Below the pieces are notes generated by a model. That model had not been told where the DNA came from. It searched no databases and was given only the letters and a program-made list of their open reading frames with translations. From assembly GCA_030390025.1 (NCBI GenBank), contig CM059431.1:158164001-158228000 (forward strand): a DNA stretch of 64,000 bases, written 5' to 3'. Shown here one piece after another: positions 14,045 to 26,548 of this stretch (its first letter is position 1; each line of letters opens with the position of its first letter). The position numbers and the translations under genes were made by a program. The stretch comes from Squalus acanthias (taxonomy: Eukaryota).

Positions 14045-14529
14045 CTATAACGAAATATATATATAGATAAAATAAATCCATTCGCCAACTAACATTCATA
14101 GATTTGATTTCCTACCTTTTATAAAATATGATTCACTCAACGAAATAATATTCCTCAACTTTGTGCCTACATTTCCGAATGCACGGAAATGCAGAAAACA
14201 ACCTACTAAACTTACATGCTGCAGTTTAAATCATGGTGCAGTTACCATCCCGACCATGAAACGGGAATCGCCGCAAAAGCCCCAAATCATGATATTGGAG
14301 ATTTGGTGATGAATTTGAACCTGGGCGTGCGACGCAAAACGGGAGGCATCACATCAGTCGCCTGTTATACGCGCCGACTGATATTCAGTTCATTAAAGTC
14401 GATGGAACTGATTGTCGGAAATGTCATATAAAGGTCTGCCAATGAGAAAACGCCTGTTGTGCGTCACTTTCCGGTTGCAATTTCACCCACTTTCAACGCT
14501 CCACTAATAATGTTTCAGACAACATTTGG

Positions 14530-15070
14530 CGGAACTACATGCAATAGAATTACATTGTACGTTACAACACAGCAATATGCTATTCTTCCGAAGAAGTCTA
14601 TGTGGTGTTAATCGTCCTTACGAATTCCCTCCCACGATAATTCATCTCACCCTATCAATGTAGTATTCTACTCCTTTCTCCCTCCTATACCTATCATGCT
14701 TTCCCTTAACTGCATCTCTGCTAATGACCTCAAGCACGCCATTTGAAAAAAACTTCAACATTCTCGGCATACTCTGAGTAAAGAAGTTTCTCCTGAATTC
14801 CCTGCTGGATTCATCAATGACTATCTTCTATTTATGTTCCCTCGTTTTAGATTCTCCAAAAAAGTGGAAACATTTTATCTACGTATAATCGACCGAAACC
14901 CTTCATAATTATAAAGTGGTCTATCAGTTTTTCCCTGAGCATTCTTTTTTCTAGAGAAAAGAGCCCCAGCCTCGTCAGTCTTCCTAATAGAAGTACGTAG
15001 CCTGCGTTGCACTGAATGGACTTTAGATTGGTTGAACAATTCCAGTCCATTGTGCAACGTCAGGTTTTGT
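14530..15070 (-). mobile_element. Old CR1 3' fragment
   Basis: RLGLFSLEKRMLR..LI..FIIMKG RT C-terminal motif. Confidence 0.7.
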
Positions 15071-15768
15071 AGCATCTGGTCAAATTATAAATTTAGTATT
15101 GCGTGGCTTATTACTTTGGAAATGCAGAAGATGAACTAAACTCTTTTGAAAGGTAACAAATAGCTACAAGAGAGAAAAGCACTGGGTGGTAATTGCACAC
15201 CAAGTTTAACTCTAGTCTAAGCTTTACACTCCGCAGTTGACAACGACCAGACAACAGTGTAAAGGAAGTAAAGCCTTTATGTTATGTGAACACCTCCGTC
15301 ATTAGTGCAGGTCATTTTAAATGCAAGAAATTCTCCTACACTAAATCGATTGTTACATTTAGAAACTTTAAAACATAAAGTAGTGTAATTTTCTCTATAT
15401 TTTAAACGAATAGCAGGAAGGGTTTTTGTCAAGAGCTAATTTAATAGATAGTGTTATGTTTATGGTCAACAATAGTTTGCCCATTGAATATTAACTCCGA
15501 GATTTCCTCTTGAACTACTGTCAATCAAATTAGCTAATTGTTACCTTCATTCCATTTGGGTCAAATCTCTTTAGAAGATTGTTATCGCAAATAATGTTAC
15601 ATTGTAAGAACAACACAAATATCTATTGTGATCATGACATATCGAATTAACCACATGCAATTTAGTGGAAATCTACCCTCTCATTACCTTTCATAGTATG
15701 CTTTTTATATGATATATAAGGGTGGAGTTTAAATTCATATCTAATGACAGTGTGCTACATTGCTGTAC

Positions 15769-15940
15769 CTCTTCTCTGTATTGCTTGCAATATTTCTTTC
15801 AGCTTTTGATTGCTGTTTTGCATTTGCTGAAATGTGTTCCACATTATTCTTCTTGCCCGGTCTCCTCTTTCTAATACCATATCGAGTAGGAGTTTAGCAG
15901 CTTCCGTTCTGCTATTCTTTCCCAGAAGTTGTCCAATTTG
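15769..15940 (-). CDS. CARD/NLR-like gene exon B1: second half of CARD-like domain 1
   Basis: Acceptor ttttcttttcag|CAA, donor AGAG|gtacag; 172 bp, phase 0 to 1. Encodes QIGQLLGKNSRTEAAKLLLDMVLERGDRARRIMWNTFQQMQNSNQKLKEILQAIQRR, with the CARD-type LLD-x-V-x2-G-x2-A pattern. Confidence 0.85.
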
Positions 15941-18168
15941 CTGAAAAGAAAATCTTCTTAAAACATTCAGTTGTATTGTTAACAAACAAGCTTGCACGGG
16001 GGTTACGAAAAAGTCTACGAATCTGAAGCATTATATATGAAACAGTTCGGGATCTTTTGATTTCCAATATAATTTACAATTTTTGGGGGCAATAACATCC
16101 GGTGGAACCATAATAAACTGACATGACAGTTGGAGTGGGTCTAATTGGTTAGCACCTTCAAAGAGCCTGCAAAAGGACGATGGACCAATTGCCCTCCTTC
16201 TCTGCTGTATGCTTCTACGATTATATGAATCAATGACAAGGCGATACTTGAATTAACAGCGCATCCGATAGTTTTAACACGGATTTAGAAATGGGGCCAT
16301 TTGAAGACCAAACTAGCTAGCTAGGATGCAGGATTAACATAGTGATATGGGGAAAGCTACACTAAAAATATAAGAGACTAATGTGAGAGTTTATACACCA
16401 AGAAGGGGCGCACTCGTTGAAGATTATAGCAAAAATATGATTAGTTTTAATAGGTCTGAATTTTCGGATTCTGGGCTGACTAAGCCGCAAATCTACCCAG
16501 CCAGTGCTGCAATGGACAATGACATTTTGAGAGTCCCCAGGGCGGAATTACGACAGGTGATGTAGAAATTAATCGTGATGGCGATCGTAATAGCAAAAGC
16601 AAACACTACAAATGCAAGAACGTTGTTTGAGAAGATGATTGAATTAAGACTGGAGTAGAAGTGATCACAAAAATTTGATTTTTCTCTTTAAGGGAGCATT
16701 CGCTTGTATCATTGGGATGAGCAAGTTTTTAAAGGAAAATTCACACACATCTGATGAGACAGCTCTGAGCAGAGGTGAGCAGGTATCGCTGCAGAAACAG
16801 GAATAGAACAGCTGAAGCATAACCAATAAATGTAACTCGCATAGATGTAGAAAAGCTGAGAGCATAGGCATATTTCGATTCCAATGCTTCAGACTAAATC
16901 TCTGTTTAAATAAATGCCGGGCCCCAAATGGCGGAGCCAAGAAAGGTTAAACCTGGAAGCAAGTCGGAAGTTGGCGGGCGAAACGCAGCAAGATTGACTA
17001 TTGGAGTGGCGATTGAATTTCAATATAAAATGAACCGATTAGGGGCAAGGTTGCAGATACAATGCGGAAATTCTGATTGGAGGCGAAGCTATAAATTCAA
17101 GGTAAGAGTTGGAGTTAGAGGTGAGGAGACAGATGCAGTCGAAGCGTTGGGAAAGGAAGGGAGCGACATGAACAAGGGATTATTTAGTTACTCGGCGAGA
17201 AGGATGTATCATAAGTCGAGCAAAATGAGGGAAAGAACGATGATTGATGTTTTGCTCAAAGTTAGGCTGGACAACAAAACAATGAGCATTAATGTGGTCT
17301 GATCTGTAAAACAGCTTTAACTGAACGTCCTCAATTATAATAAAGAGCTCCCTGTAAAACAGATGTCCATGAACATCGAAGTGCAGTGCCCGTTGGTGAT
17401 GAACACGGAAGTCGATCAAACGGTACGTTCAGAAGAGTGCTGGTTCCGGTCCGTTAGGTTATGGGGGACATATTTGGGCAAAACTAGTGTCTGAGAGCCA
17501 CCCGAGCGGAAATTAGGTAAGAAAGTGGACATCTCAGCAACCATCCTCTCCCCTCATGTAAAATATCGCAGAGGGAGAGATGGCCCGTCTAATCATTGCG
17601 CTGAGCAATTCGCCTTCTTCAGGAAAGAAAGGGCAAGAAAGCGTAAATCAAATTGGTTGGGCGATAAATTCGGCTCTGCAGCACTGGCTTTTTCCGCGAG
17701 ACGGTGCCGTTTTGTGTCGAAAATGGCGCCTGCATCGGGCGCGCACACTTCTGGCGCGTACTGCGCCGAACGCAATCTAGGTGGGGGCTGTACACCGGGC
17801 GTTAGGAGCGTACAGCAGAAGTATGATGAGTGCACAAATCCTGATGTCTATCAGCGCTCAACGTCGATTTGAAGTCAGCGCTGCTATTTTTGTCCTCAAC
17901 GCTGGAAGTAACGCCCAGTGATAACCTCCGAGAGCTGAACATGCCTTCACCATTGGCCAGGACCCCCGGCAGCGTTGTTTCAATGGATTAGCAATCACTC
18001 TAAGCTTAGTTGCTGATTGATTTGTACTGTTTCTGTGTAAGTTTGTGGAACTGTTTGGAACTTTCTTGAGTTGTTTAAAGTTGGTGATGTGACAGAGATT
18101 GGAGATGGAAGTGGAGAAAACCTGGCTTCTGACTTAAACGGTTCAGGTCAGACCACGTGCTCCCAGTC

Positions 18169-19280
18169 ATGGGAGCTCTAGTTGTCATCCACCTTGAACT
18201 GCAGGACGGCAGGGAGATGGAGCAGAGGCAGCAAAGACGAGGACAAGCTGCTCGCAGAGCGGTGAGGAAGAGGGTGGGAGAAGGGCTCTCAGCAAATCTC
18301 TTACCTCAGTCTGAGCAAGGAGCAGTGTGTGAGGCGACTCTGCTTTACGAAGAATGTGCTCACAGAACTGTGCCAGCTCTTACAACCAGACCTGCAGCTT
18401 CACACCAGGGCAAGGACAGCGCTGCCAGTGGCTGTGAAGTTGACTGTGACCCTGAGTTTCTTTTTGTCGGGAACTTTCCAGGCTGGAGCAGGCGACATAT
18501 GTAACATCTCAGTGTTCGACATTCACTACTGCATAAGAGAGTTGACAAATGCCAGGATAGGGGCTTCATTGTCACCCCTCTAAAGAGAGAAGCATTCGGC
18601 ACATGCAGGTGCCTTTGTCAGGATAGCGGGCTTCCCCATGGTGCAGGGTGCAATCGACTGCACGCACGTGGCTTTGCGGGCACCACTTTTAAATTCTCAT
18701 ATGTACTGCAACTGCAGATGTTTCTACTAGCTGAATGTGCAGTTGGTGTGTGACCATGCTAAGCGTATCATGATGATGTATGCCCGCTATCCTGGTAGTA
18801 GGCATGATGCTTTTATTCAGCGCAGTCCACTATTCCCGCAGTGTTTGAGCCTCCATATCAGAACAGGGGATGGCTGCTGGGCGGCAAGGGCTATCTCCTT
18901 ACCACCTGTCTCATGACTCTGCTCTGCAATCCAACCACACTTGGGCAACATGCGTACAATGAGAGCGATGCTGCCACACAAAACATCATAGAGCAAACGA
19001 TTGGGTTGCTCACGCAACGGTTCCACTGTGTGGACCGTTCTGGAGCAGCACTGCAGTGATCAACATCGTGGTCTGCAACATGTTCCCAAACCTTGCCATA
19101 ATGAGGGCATAACACTTGGCACCAGGCCTACGGTGACCAACTGAGGAGAAGGAGGAGCAGATGGAGGAAGAAGCAAAAGAGAAGGACGAGGAATAAATTG
19201 AATAGGAGGAAGTGGAATGGAGGAGGCAAGCCAGACTGCCCCTTTCTGCCCGGGCAGTCCGTGATCGATTCATCTGACTG
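18169..19280 (+). pseudogene. Harbinger DDE transposase remnant (HARBI1-like)
   Basis: RRLCFTK..LQPDLQ..TALPVAVKLTVTLSFFLSGTFQ, GFPMVQGAIDCTHV, GWLLGGKGY, IIEQTIGLLTQRF; stops and frameshifts. Confidence 0.88.
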
Positions 19281-19483
19281 CGGTTCCTGTGAACACAACC
19301 CCAATTCTATATTCACCAATAGTCCCAGTTCTTACCATCCTTCTGCTATGGACCATCGCAGCGTCTGTTTCGCCACAATGTAGAAATGAAAGGCACCACC
19401 TAACAAGCACTCCAATTCAACTTTATACATCAATCTATCCAAAATTAAAAAAACAGTCAACTAATCACCCTTGCACATTCGAT

Positions 19484-21345
19484 TAGTGCCTGTCTTCTAT
19501 GTGCCATTGCCTGTGCTAGTGCTCCTATGAAGTGCTACCCAGTGCCTTCAGCATGGCTGGTGGAAGGCTGCTGACTTACAGTGGGCGAGATTGCAGATAG
19601 CCTTGCTAGACGGCCTCTTGCAGCTGTCGGTCTAGATGGCCCGGCTATAGTCTGCACCAACTCGGCGCCTGCAGTCTGGGAAGGCTGGCTGACTGGCCAA
19701 CAGCAAGGGTACTGGCGGACTGGCAGTGGTGGGAGAACGAATGCTGTCATTCTCAGAGAGGGAAGTGTGTTCGTCCTGCAAGGAATCGCTGCCATTCCTC
19801 TGCGGCGTTGCCTCGGCAATCCTCAGCAATCTGTTGGAGGAGAGGTTGCCGGACCGCTGTGACATCCTGCAAGCTGCTTTCCACACTAGTAAACACAACG
19901 ACTATGGCACCAGTTTGAACTTGTTTGGCAGCAAGCTGAACCTCCATGAGAGCAGTGTGAAAATGCATAACAGAAGTCTGAGCCTCCACATCAGCACTCA
20001 GACGTTGGGTCGTTCCGCCTGTGCTGCAATGGAAGCTGAGACATCGGTCATCAGGCAGTGCATCATGGTTGGGTCCACAAGTGCGGTAATGGAGCTGACC
20101 ATCAATGCCATGCTGGAATTCATGGGCTTCAAGCTCGGCACAAAGCCCTGTGCAAGGTTTGTGCCGGCCTCCTCCATACTCCTTGACCTTGCACTCAGGC
20201 TCCTGGCAGGCATGAAGCATTTCATTATGCATAAAATCAGCTTTCTTCTGTAGGCCACCTCATCAAGGTTCTCATCTAGTCCTCTGCAGCAGAACTCGTG
20301 TGGGACATCGCCCTCCGAGGAGCTGGCACCCGCGCTACCCTTTCCCCTGGCCCTGGCTACAGGGCACTCGAACCCGGTGGCTCATCACGTGCAGACACTC
20401 TGTCTAACCTATCCTCTAAAGTACGCAGTGTCTCGGTATCTGAGCTGCTGGCTGTGAGTGTGAAATCGATTGTCGTTGTGTATTCATGATCACTGCTTTC
20501 CTGCTGCTCCACCAGTACCTGGCCAGGTGGCAGTTCTTGGCTATGTGAAAGGAGAAAGGCACAAGTCTAAGGTTGTGGTGAAGGGAGGAGCAAGAGGTGC
20601 ATGCTTACACCATCTGCTGCTGTACGTCAGAAGAGATAGTATGATGAGGTGGAAGTGCGAAGTGGGAAGGATTATAAATTATGAGGATACCATCATCTTG
20701 GATTGCTTCAGCCCCACCACTGGCCACGGGCGCAGCGATTGCCCTCCCAAGAATGCCCAGCACCGTCTCCTCCACGGGGATTCTGCAAGCGCCTGTGACC
20801 CTTCGGGTAGAACCTGCTAGCTTCGATTGTGTGCCACGTTGATCTGCTAGAGAAAGGAAGTTTGTCAGTGAGTGAGGTGATGTGCCTGTCATGATTGAAT
20901 AGCTGACTATGTGCAAACTGTGAGATGTGGATGTGAATCTTCCAGCAGAGGTAAGTGTTTGAGGGTGGGATGAAGCTATGAAGGTGAGGTATGAGTCGTG
21001 TTTGGTAGCAATTGTTGGTAGATGAGTGATATGTTATGGTGCATTGAGCCGTGTGTGCAGCTAATGGTGCAGATGGTGAGATAGGCATTTGAAATTAATT
21101 CACTGAACGTGACCCCTAGTTTTATGTCATTAAACTTCTTGCTGCTCTGCAGCCAGGTCCTCGCGGCGGCACTGCGGGTATTGACAGCTGTGGCTATCTG
21201 CTCTCATTGGCGTTTTCAGTTTTGCCTGAGGACATCCTGGACCCCGATTGAAATAGGTCATCTCTCCTCCTTTCCACCTCCTGCACCATGGCCTCCAGTG
21301 CTGCATCAGAAAACCTTTCTGCAGGCTCTACCTACTGTTGTGGCA
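19484..21345 (-). pseudogene. Harbinger second gene remnant (Myb/SANT-like DNA-binding protein, intron-containing)
   Basis: Minus strand near 21310 reads FSDAALEAMVQEVERRRDDLF, later KKFNDI; coiled-coil-like tail at 19750-20250. Confidence 0.7.
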
Positions 21346-21552
21346 TTTGTAGTTGTTTTGTACTTCCTCCCCCAGCCAGTTGAATGAGCTGCTGTGAGCA
21401 GAATGTACCTCTCCTTTAAAAGGTGCAGATTGCCTTTAAGTAGTGGAGGTCAGCTTCCATTGGAACTGAACTCGCACAAACCTGAGCACCCTGCTGAGCG
21501 TTCATCCACTCAACTGCGCATTCAGCGCTGGGCTGAACGCTACAATCATATT

Positions 21553-22193
21553 GGAGCGGATTTTCCGATCGGAGGCTTCTTACTGGCGGATGCATCCGAT
21601 GGGAAAAAAACTCTACGCACTTACCTCTGCCTCCGTAGATCTCGAGACTTCCGATCATGGGCCTCTCCACTACAAAATGCGCAGAGGCCCAGGGATCCTG
21701 GGGCAAATGCGGTTCGGAAGCGTCCCTGGGATCACGTGGGCCATTGGGAACCAATCAAAGAAGGGAATCTCCCTTCACCCTTTTGACAGGTCTCTCCGCA
21801 GAGATCTGTCAAAAGTATGAATGGGGATCACTTCAAAAACACAGTTAAACATTAAATATTTTTTTAAAAAGCATCACTATTTAAAATTAGTTCAAATTAC
21901 ATTAAATTAAATATTTTTAACAATAATGAAAATTTTAACGGAGCTAAAAATAAAATTAGCTTTTTTAACAGGCGTAAAATCTTTTAAGGTTTTCAGCGGG
22001 CGGAAGTTGTGCAGAGAGTGGAACTCTGCCCGCGGAGGCCCTTTTCCGGGGGCAGGGGGATGATCTGTCAAGAGAATACGGAAGTGCTGGGTTTTAGCGC
22101 ATGCAATCCGCATGCCTGAAACCGGCACTTGCGATGCCCCTACCGATGCGTACGCACCTCGTACGCACCCGTGGGCGTCGCAATATCCGGCCC
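21553..22193. mobile_element. Harbinger-type MITE nested in the Harbinger right subterminal region
   Basis: TIRs ggagcggatttt / aatatccggccc; 3-bp target-site duplication (TSD) att at 21550-21552 and 22194-22196. Confidence 0.72.
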
Positions 22194-22372
22194 ATTAATT
22201 AGCAGGTAGTACGAAGGTCGCGTGCTGCCTACATTCCTTTCAATGTACGCGAGTTGTTCGCACTTTGCGATCCCTGCCCCCGTTTTCGGCGGCAATCCAA
22301 TTTTTAGCCCATTAAGTCAAGTCAAATCATCGTAGGTTAAGATAGATCCAATTCCATTTATGTCAGACGTAC

Positions 22373-22542
22373 CTCATATTCTTTCCGAGTGAATACACTT
22401 TTATGAAGCAGATTTGCACTGATACCGTCCAAAGATGCTTCCATAGCTTCACTTATTCTATCCCGATACATGTCCGTATCTTTGGACAACTGAATGTCAC
22501 CGTCCGCCGAAACAGTTGGTACAACCCCAGTAATATCATCCA
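22373..22542 (-). CDS. CARD/NLR-like gene exon A1: first half of CARD-like domain 1
   Basis: Acceptor ttttatag|TG, donor GAG|gtacgt; 170 bp, phase 1 to 0. YRDRISEAMEASLDGISANLLHKSVFTRKEYE matches CARD helices 1-3. Confidence 0.78.
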
Positions 22543-23364
22543 CTATAAAATACAAGTGGAGCAAAAAACATCTGAGTAGTTACAATAAATGACGATAAAT
22601 GGAAGATGTACTTAGAAATCTCTTCCAATGTATCAAAATAATTTATAAAACGAGGATAAAGTTAAATTATTGATAATTATTATGAATAAATCTGTCTATC
22701 TGTCTGTTGTCTGCCTGTCCCGCTGTCTGTCAATCTGTCTATCTAGCACGTTACCTATTATCTACTTATCCATCTGTCTTTCTGCTTATCCGATTTATGA
22801 ATAGGCTAACCCGTACTCTGGTGTAATGGAATACACGGCAGGTTACTGTATGCAGTCGAAGCATCATCATAAGCAGACTGCAGGGGGCAGGCTTAAAGCA
22901 AATCAGTGAATTTCTCGACAATTGTTTTGTGCCGGCTGGCGCGAACTGGGTATGGGGGAGGGGGTGTAATTGTGACTTTATGAGATAATTTAAAAGTAAA
23001 GTGAATGGGCAGCCCCTTTTAAATCTCCCGGATTTTTAAAACATAAGTTTTGTGGCATTCCGCAGTGGTCCCTTTAACGTCTGGTGTTAAGATTGATCGA
23101 GTTAGCCAGAACTTTAACCGCCATAGACAATTTAGCGAAGAAAGCAAACATGGTTGAATAAAGGTTGAGTGCAAAATTTGGCAGATGGAAAAGACATGAC
23201 TTCTGAAACTTTCTTGAGCATTTAGAGTATAAATATGAGTGAAAAGTCTCCGATAGTCGGAATCCACAACAGAACGAGAAGGGATTGAAAACACGGATTG
23301 AGGTTTACTGGATTGCATACAAATACTGACGGATATATCAGTTCAACACAAAGAGTAATCTCAC

Positions 23365-23512
23365 CTGATGTGTGTGCGCCTATGTCATATCCGCCGGTTC
23401 CCTTTTCTTGCAGTCCCGGCTGTAGATCTTCATTCACTCTGCGTGTGGGGCTGACCTCACTGATAGTATCCGTGCTGACATGAGATTCTGTAGGAGCATT
23501 TTCCTCTTTTTG
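23365..23512 (-). CDS. CARD/NLR-like gene exon C1: polar low-complexity spacer
   Basis: Acceptor ttcttgttataatcag|CAA, donor CAG|gtgaga; 148 bp, phase 0 to 1. Encodes QKEENAPTESHVSTDTISEVSPTRRVNEDLQPGLQEKGTGGYDIGAHTS. Confidence 0.68.
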
Positions 23513-24804
23513 CTGATTATAACAAGAATATCATTAGAGATAATGAGGCTGAATTTCTCTTTCTGAGCTGGCTAAGTCACAAATTTCCCCAGCCAGTGCA
23601 CAACGGACAGTTGTATTTTAAGAGTCGGCAGGGCGGAGGTACAACACATAACGTAGAAATAAATCGTGACGCCGATCATGATAGCAAAAACGAAAGCACG
23701 AATTGCAAGAGAGTTGTTTCACAAGATGTTGTAATTAAAACTGGCGTTGAAAAGATCCCAAACGATGATTTTGTTTTTAAGAGAACAATCAGTTGTATCA
23801 GCGGGATGAAACATTAATAAGGTAAAATTCACACACATCTGATGAAACCGCTTTGACCCGCGGCGAGCAGGAAGCGCTGCACAAAAACAACAGGACAGTG
23901 TAAGCACAATCAAAAAATATAAATCCCGTAGACATAGGAGAGCTGGGAGCAGAGATACATTTCGCTTGCAATACTTCAGTCTAAATCTCGGTTTAAGTAG
24001 ATGCCTGGTCCCAAATTCCGGAGCCAAGAAAGGTGAAACCGCGACACAAATCGGGCATTAGCGTGAAAAAAAACCGAATAAGATTGAAGATTGCAGTGAC
24101 GGTTGGAAAGGATTATAACAGTTAGAGATTAGCGGGGAATATGCAGATGCAATGCGAGAGTTCTAATTGGAGGCTACACTACAAATTCAAGGTAAGAGTT
24201 GGGGTTAGAGGTGCGGAGGCACATGTAGCCTAATTATTCGAACTGGAGGGGAGGGACTTGAATAAGTTACTCGAACAACGAGATTCTGGAAAAGTAACGG
24301 ATAGAATTATGATTGACGATTTGCTCAGTTCTTCTAGACAAGAAAATAATGAGCATTAATGCGGTCTGATATGTAAAACAACTTCTCCTGAATAACTTCA
24401 ATAAGCTTCCAGTGAAACAGATAGTCCTGAATATCGAAGTGCAGTTGCTGTTGGTGATGAACACGGAAGTCGACCAAATGCCACTTTCAAAAGAGTGCTG
24501 CTTCCTATTCACGGGGCTGCCTCCGCATTAGGTTCGTGTGAAAATTCGGACAAAATTAGCGTCTGAGAGGCACCCGAGCGAACATTAGTTAAGGCAGTGG
24601 AAATCTCAGCAATCATCCTTTTCCCTCATGTAAAATGCCGCAGAGGGAGCGGTGTCCCGTGTAACAATTGCGTAGTGCAATCGCCTGCCTCAAGAAAGAC
24701 GGGGCTAGGAAGCGTAAAATAAACTGCTCCTATTTCAACAATAGAATTCGAGTCTATTCTGCCATATCTTAAGATAGATCCAGTTCCATTTATGGCAGAC
24801 ATAC

Positions 24805-24974
24805 CTTATATTCTTGCTGCGTGAGTACATTATTATCAGGCCGATTTGCACTGAAACGGGTCACAGATTCATGCATATCTTCGCGTATTCTATCCGGATA
24901 CAATTCCCTATCTTTCGACAACTGAATGTCAGCTTCTGTCGACACAGTTGGTCCTACAACAGTAATATCTTCCA
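24805..24974 (-). CDS. CARD/NLR-like gene exon A2: degenerate half-CARD
   Basis: Acceptor ttttatag|TG, donor AAG|gtatgt; 170 bp, phase 1 to 0. Encodes EDITVVGPTVSTEADIQLSKDRELYPDRIREDMHESVTRFSANRPDNNVLTQQEYK. Confidence 0.68.
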
Positions 24975-26154
24975 CTATAAAATACAAGTGGAACAAAAAA
25001 CATAGGAGCATTTACCATAATCGAAGATATTTGGAAGTTGCACTTCGAAATATCTTCCACTACAACAAAATAATTCATAAAAAGGATCGGCTAAACTGTA
25101 CTCTGGTGAAAAGGAATACACGTCAGCTTACTGTATGCAGTCGAAGCATCATCATAAGCAGACTGCAGGGTGAAGGCTTAAAGCACAATCCTTGAATGTA
25201 TCAACGCTGGCCCAGCAATTGGATCGTACTGGCTGCTGCAAACCTGGCACGGGGCAGGGGGTGTAATTCTGACGTCCTGATATAAATTAAAACGTGCTGA
25301 ATTGAATGGGCAGCAACGTTTACATCGGTCCCGATTTATATTTCCATTGCTTATATTCTCTCGTACTTTCGATTCGATATCGCCCTATTTGCACTATCAC
25401 ACGAAGCCAAAATTAAGGTGGTACGATCCCTGCGGCGTAAAGGTCGGCCTGACACCCACCCGATATTGGGGTTCGGGCCTCGTTTATACCGGACCGGCGA
25501 GGTGCAGTCACCTGCTGCCTCTCCCCAGGCATCGTGGCCGGTTTCGACGATGGGAATGTCGACGGTCCCGGAAGGGGAGACTGGGAGAGGTGAACGTGAG
25601 GGGGGCTTCCGGTTGAAGACCAGTGGGAAGTGATCGGCAGAGGGATGCAGGGTGGCGTGAAATAAGTGAGGGAGGCAACGAAAGGGAGTGTGAGAGAGGC
25701 AATCGGTTGTAGTGGGCGGCAATGGCCCGCTGTTTTAACATGGAGCCAGAAGGAGAAATGCGCAACACATTGGCTCCAAATTCAGGTAGGTATTGAAACA
25801 AACGGATCTTTTGATGGGGGTCTGCAGAGGTCCCTTTCCCGTTCGGCTGTCAGATGAATCGAGTTAACCAGAACTTCAGGCGTTGCTGACATTTCCCCAG
25901 AGAAAGGAAACGGACAACCAATGGCTGAACAAAGATTGAGTGTAACATTTGGCAGAGGAACAAGTCGTGAATTCTGAACCCTTCTTTAGCATTTAGAGCG
26001 TAAGTTACCTCACTGGTATAGATATGATTTAACTGTCTCAGATAAGCCGGAATCCAGTACAGAAAGAGAAGAGAATGAATACAAAGATCAACGTTTACTG
26101 GATTGAATTTTAATAATGGCAGATATATAAGTTCAGCACAAAGAGTAATCTCAC

Positions 26155-26302
26155 CGGATGTGTATGCACTTCTGTCATATCTGCCGGCTCTATTTTCTTG
26201 CAGTCCTGGATGGCGATCTTTATTAACTATGGGTGCGGGGCTGATGTCACTGTCAGCATCCTTGCTGACCAAAGGTTCCGTAGCACAGTTTTCCTCTTGG
26301 TT
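26155..26302 (-). CDS. CARD/NLR-like gene exon C2: polar low-complexity spacer
   Basis: Acceptor ttcttgctttaaatag|AAC, donor CCG|gtgaga; 148 bp, phase 0 to 1. Encodes NQEENCATEPLVSKDADSDISPAPIVNKDRHPGLQENRAGRYDRSAYTS. Confidence 0.65.
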
Positions 26303-26548
26303 CTATTTAAAGCAAGAATATGATTAGATATAATAGGACACACTTTTTTGTTTCTGAGTGTATAAGCCGCAAATTTCCTCAGCCAGTTCAGCAACATACA
26401 ATTATACTTTGAGTCTACCCAGGGCGGAACTATGACAGAAACAGTAGAAATACATCGTGATGCCGATCACAATAGTAAAAGCGAAAACTACAAATGCAAG
26501 AAAGTTGTTGGCTAAAATGATTTAATTAATGCTGGAGTCGAAGTGATC

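Larger units (their letters stand above)
17659..22310 (+). mobile_element. Decayed autonomous-type PIF/Harbinger DNA transposon
   Basis: TIRs gggcgataaatt / aatttttagccc, flanks gtt/att; convergent transposase and Myb/SANT-like remnants; absent from the paralogous introns near 24720 and 34535. Confidence 0.85.

Noticed and set aside
13866..15940. Specific gene symbol (NOD2, NLRC3, NLRP3, RIG-I-like)
   Set aside because: Tandem CARD-like domains alone do not establish orthology, and the diagnostic domains are outside the window.
18169..19280. Domesticated HARBI1 gene
   Set aside because: Stops, frameshifts, the GDxGY aspartate replaced by Gly, and TIRs present: a decayed transposon.
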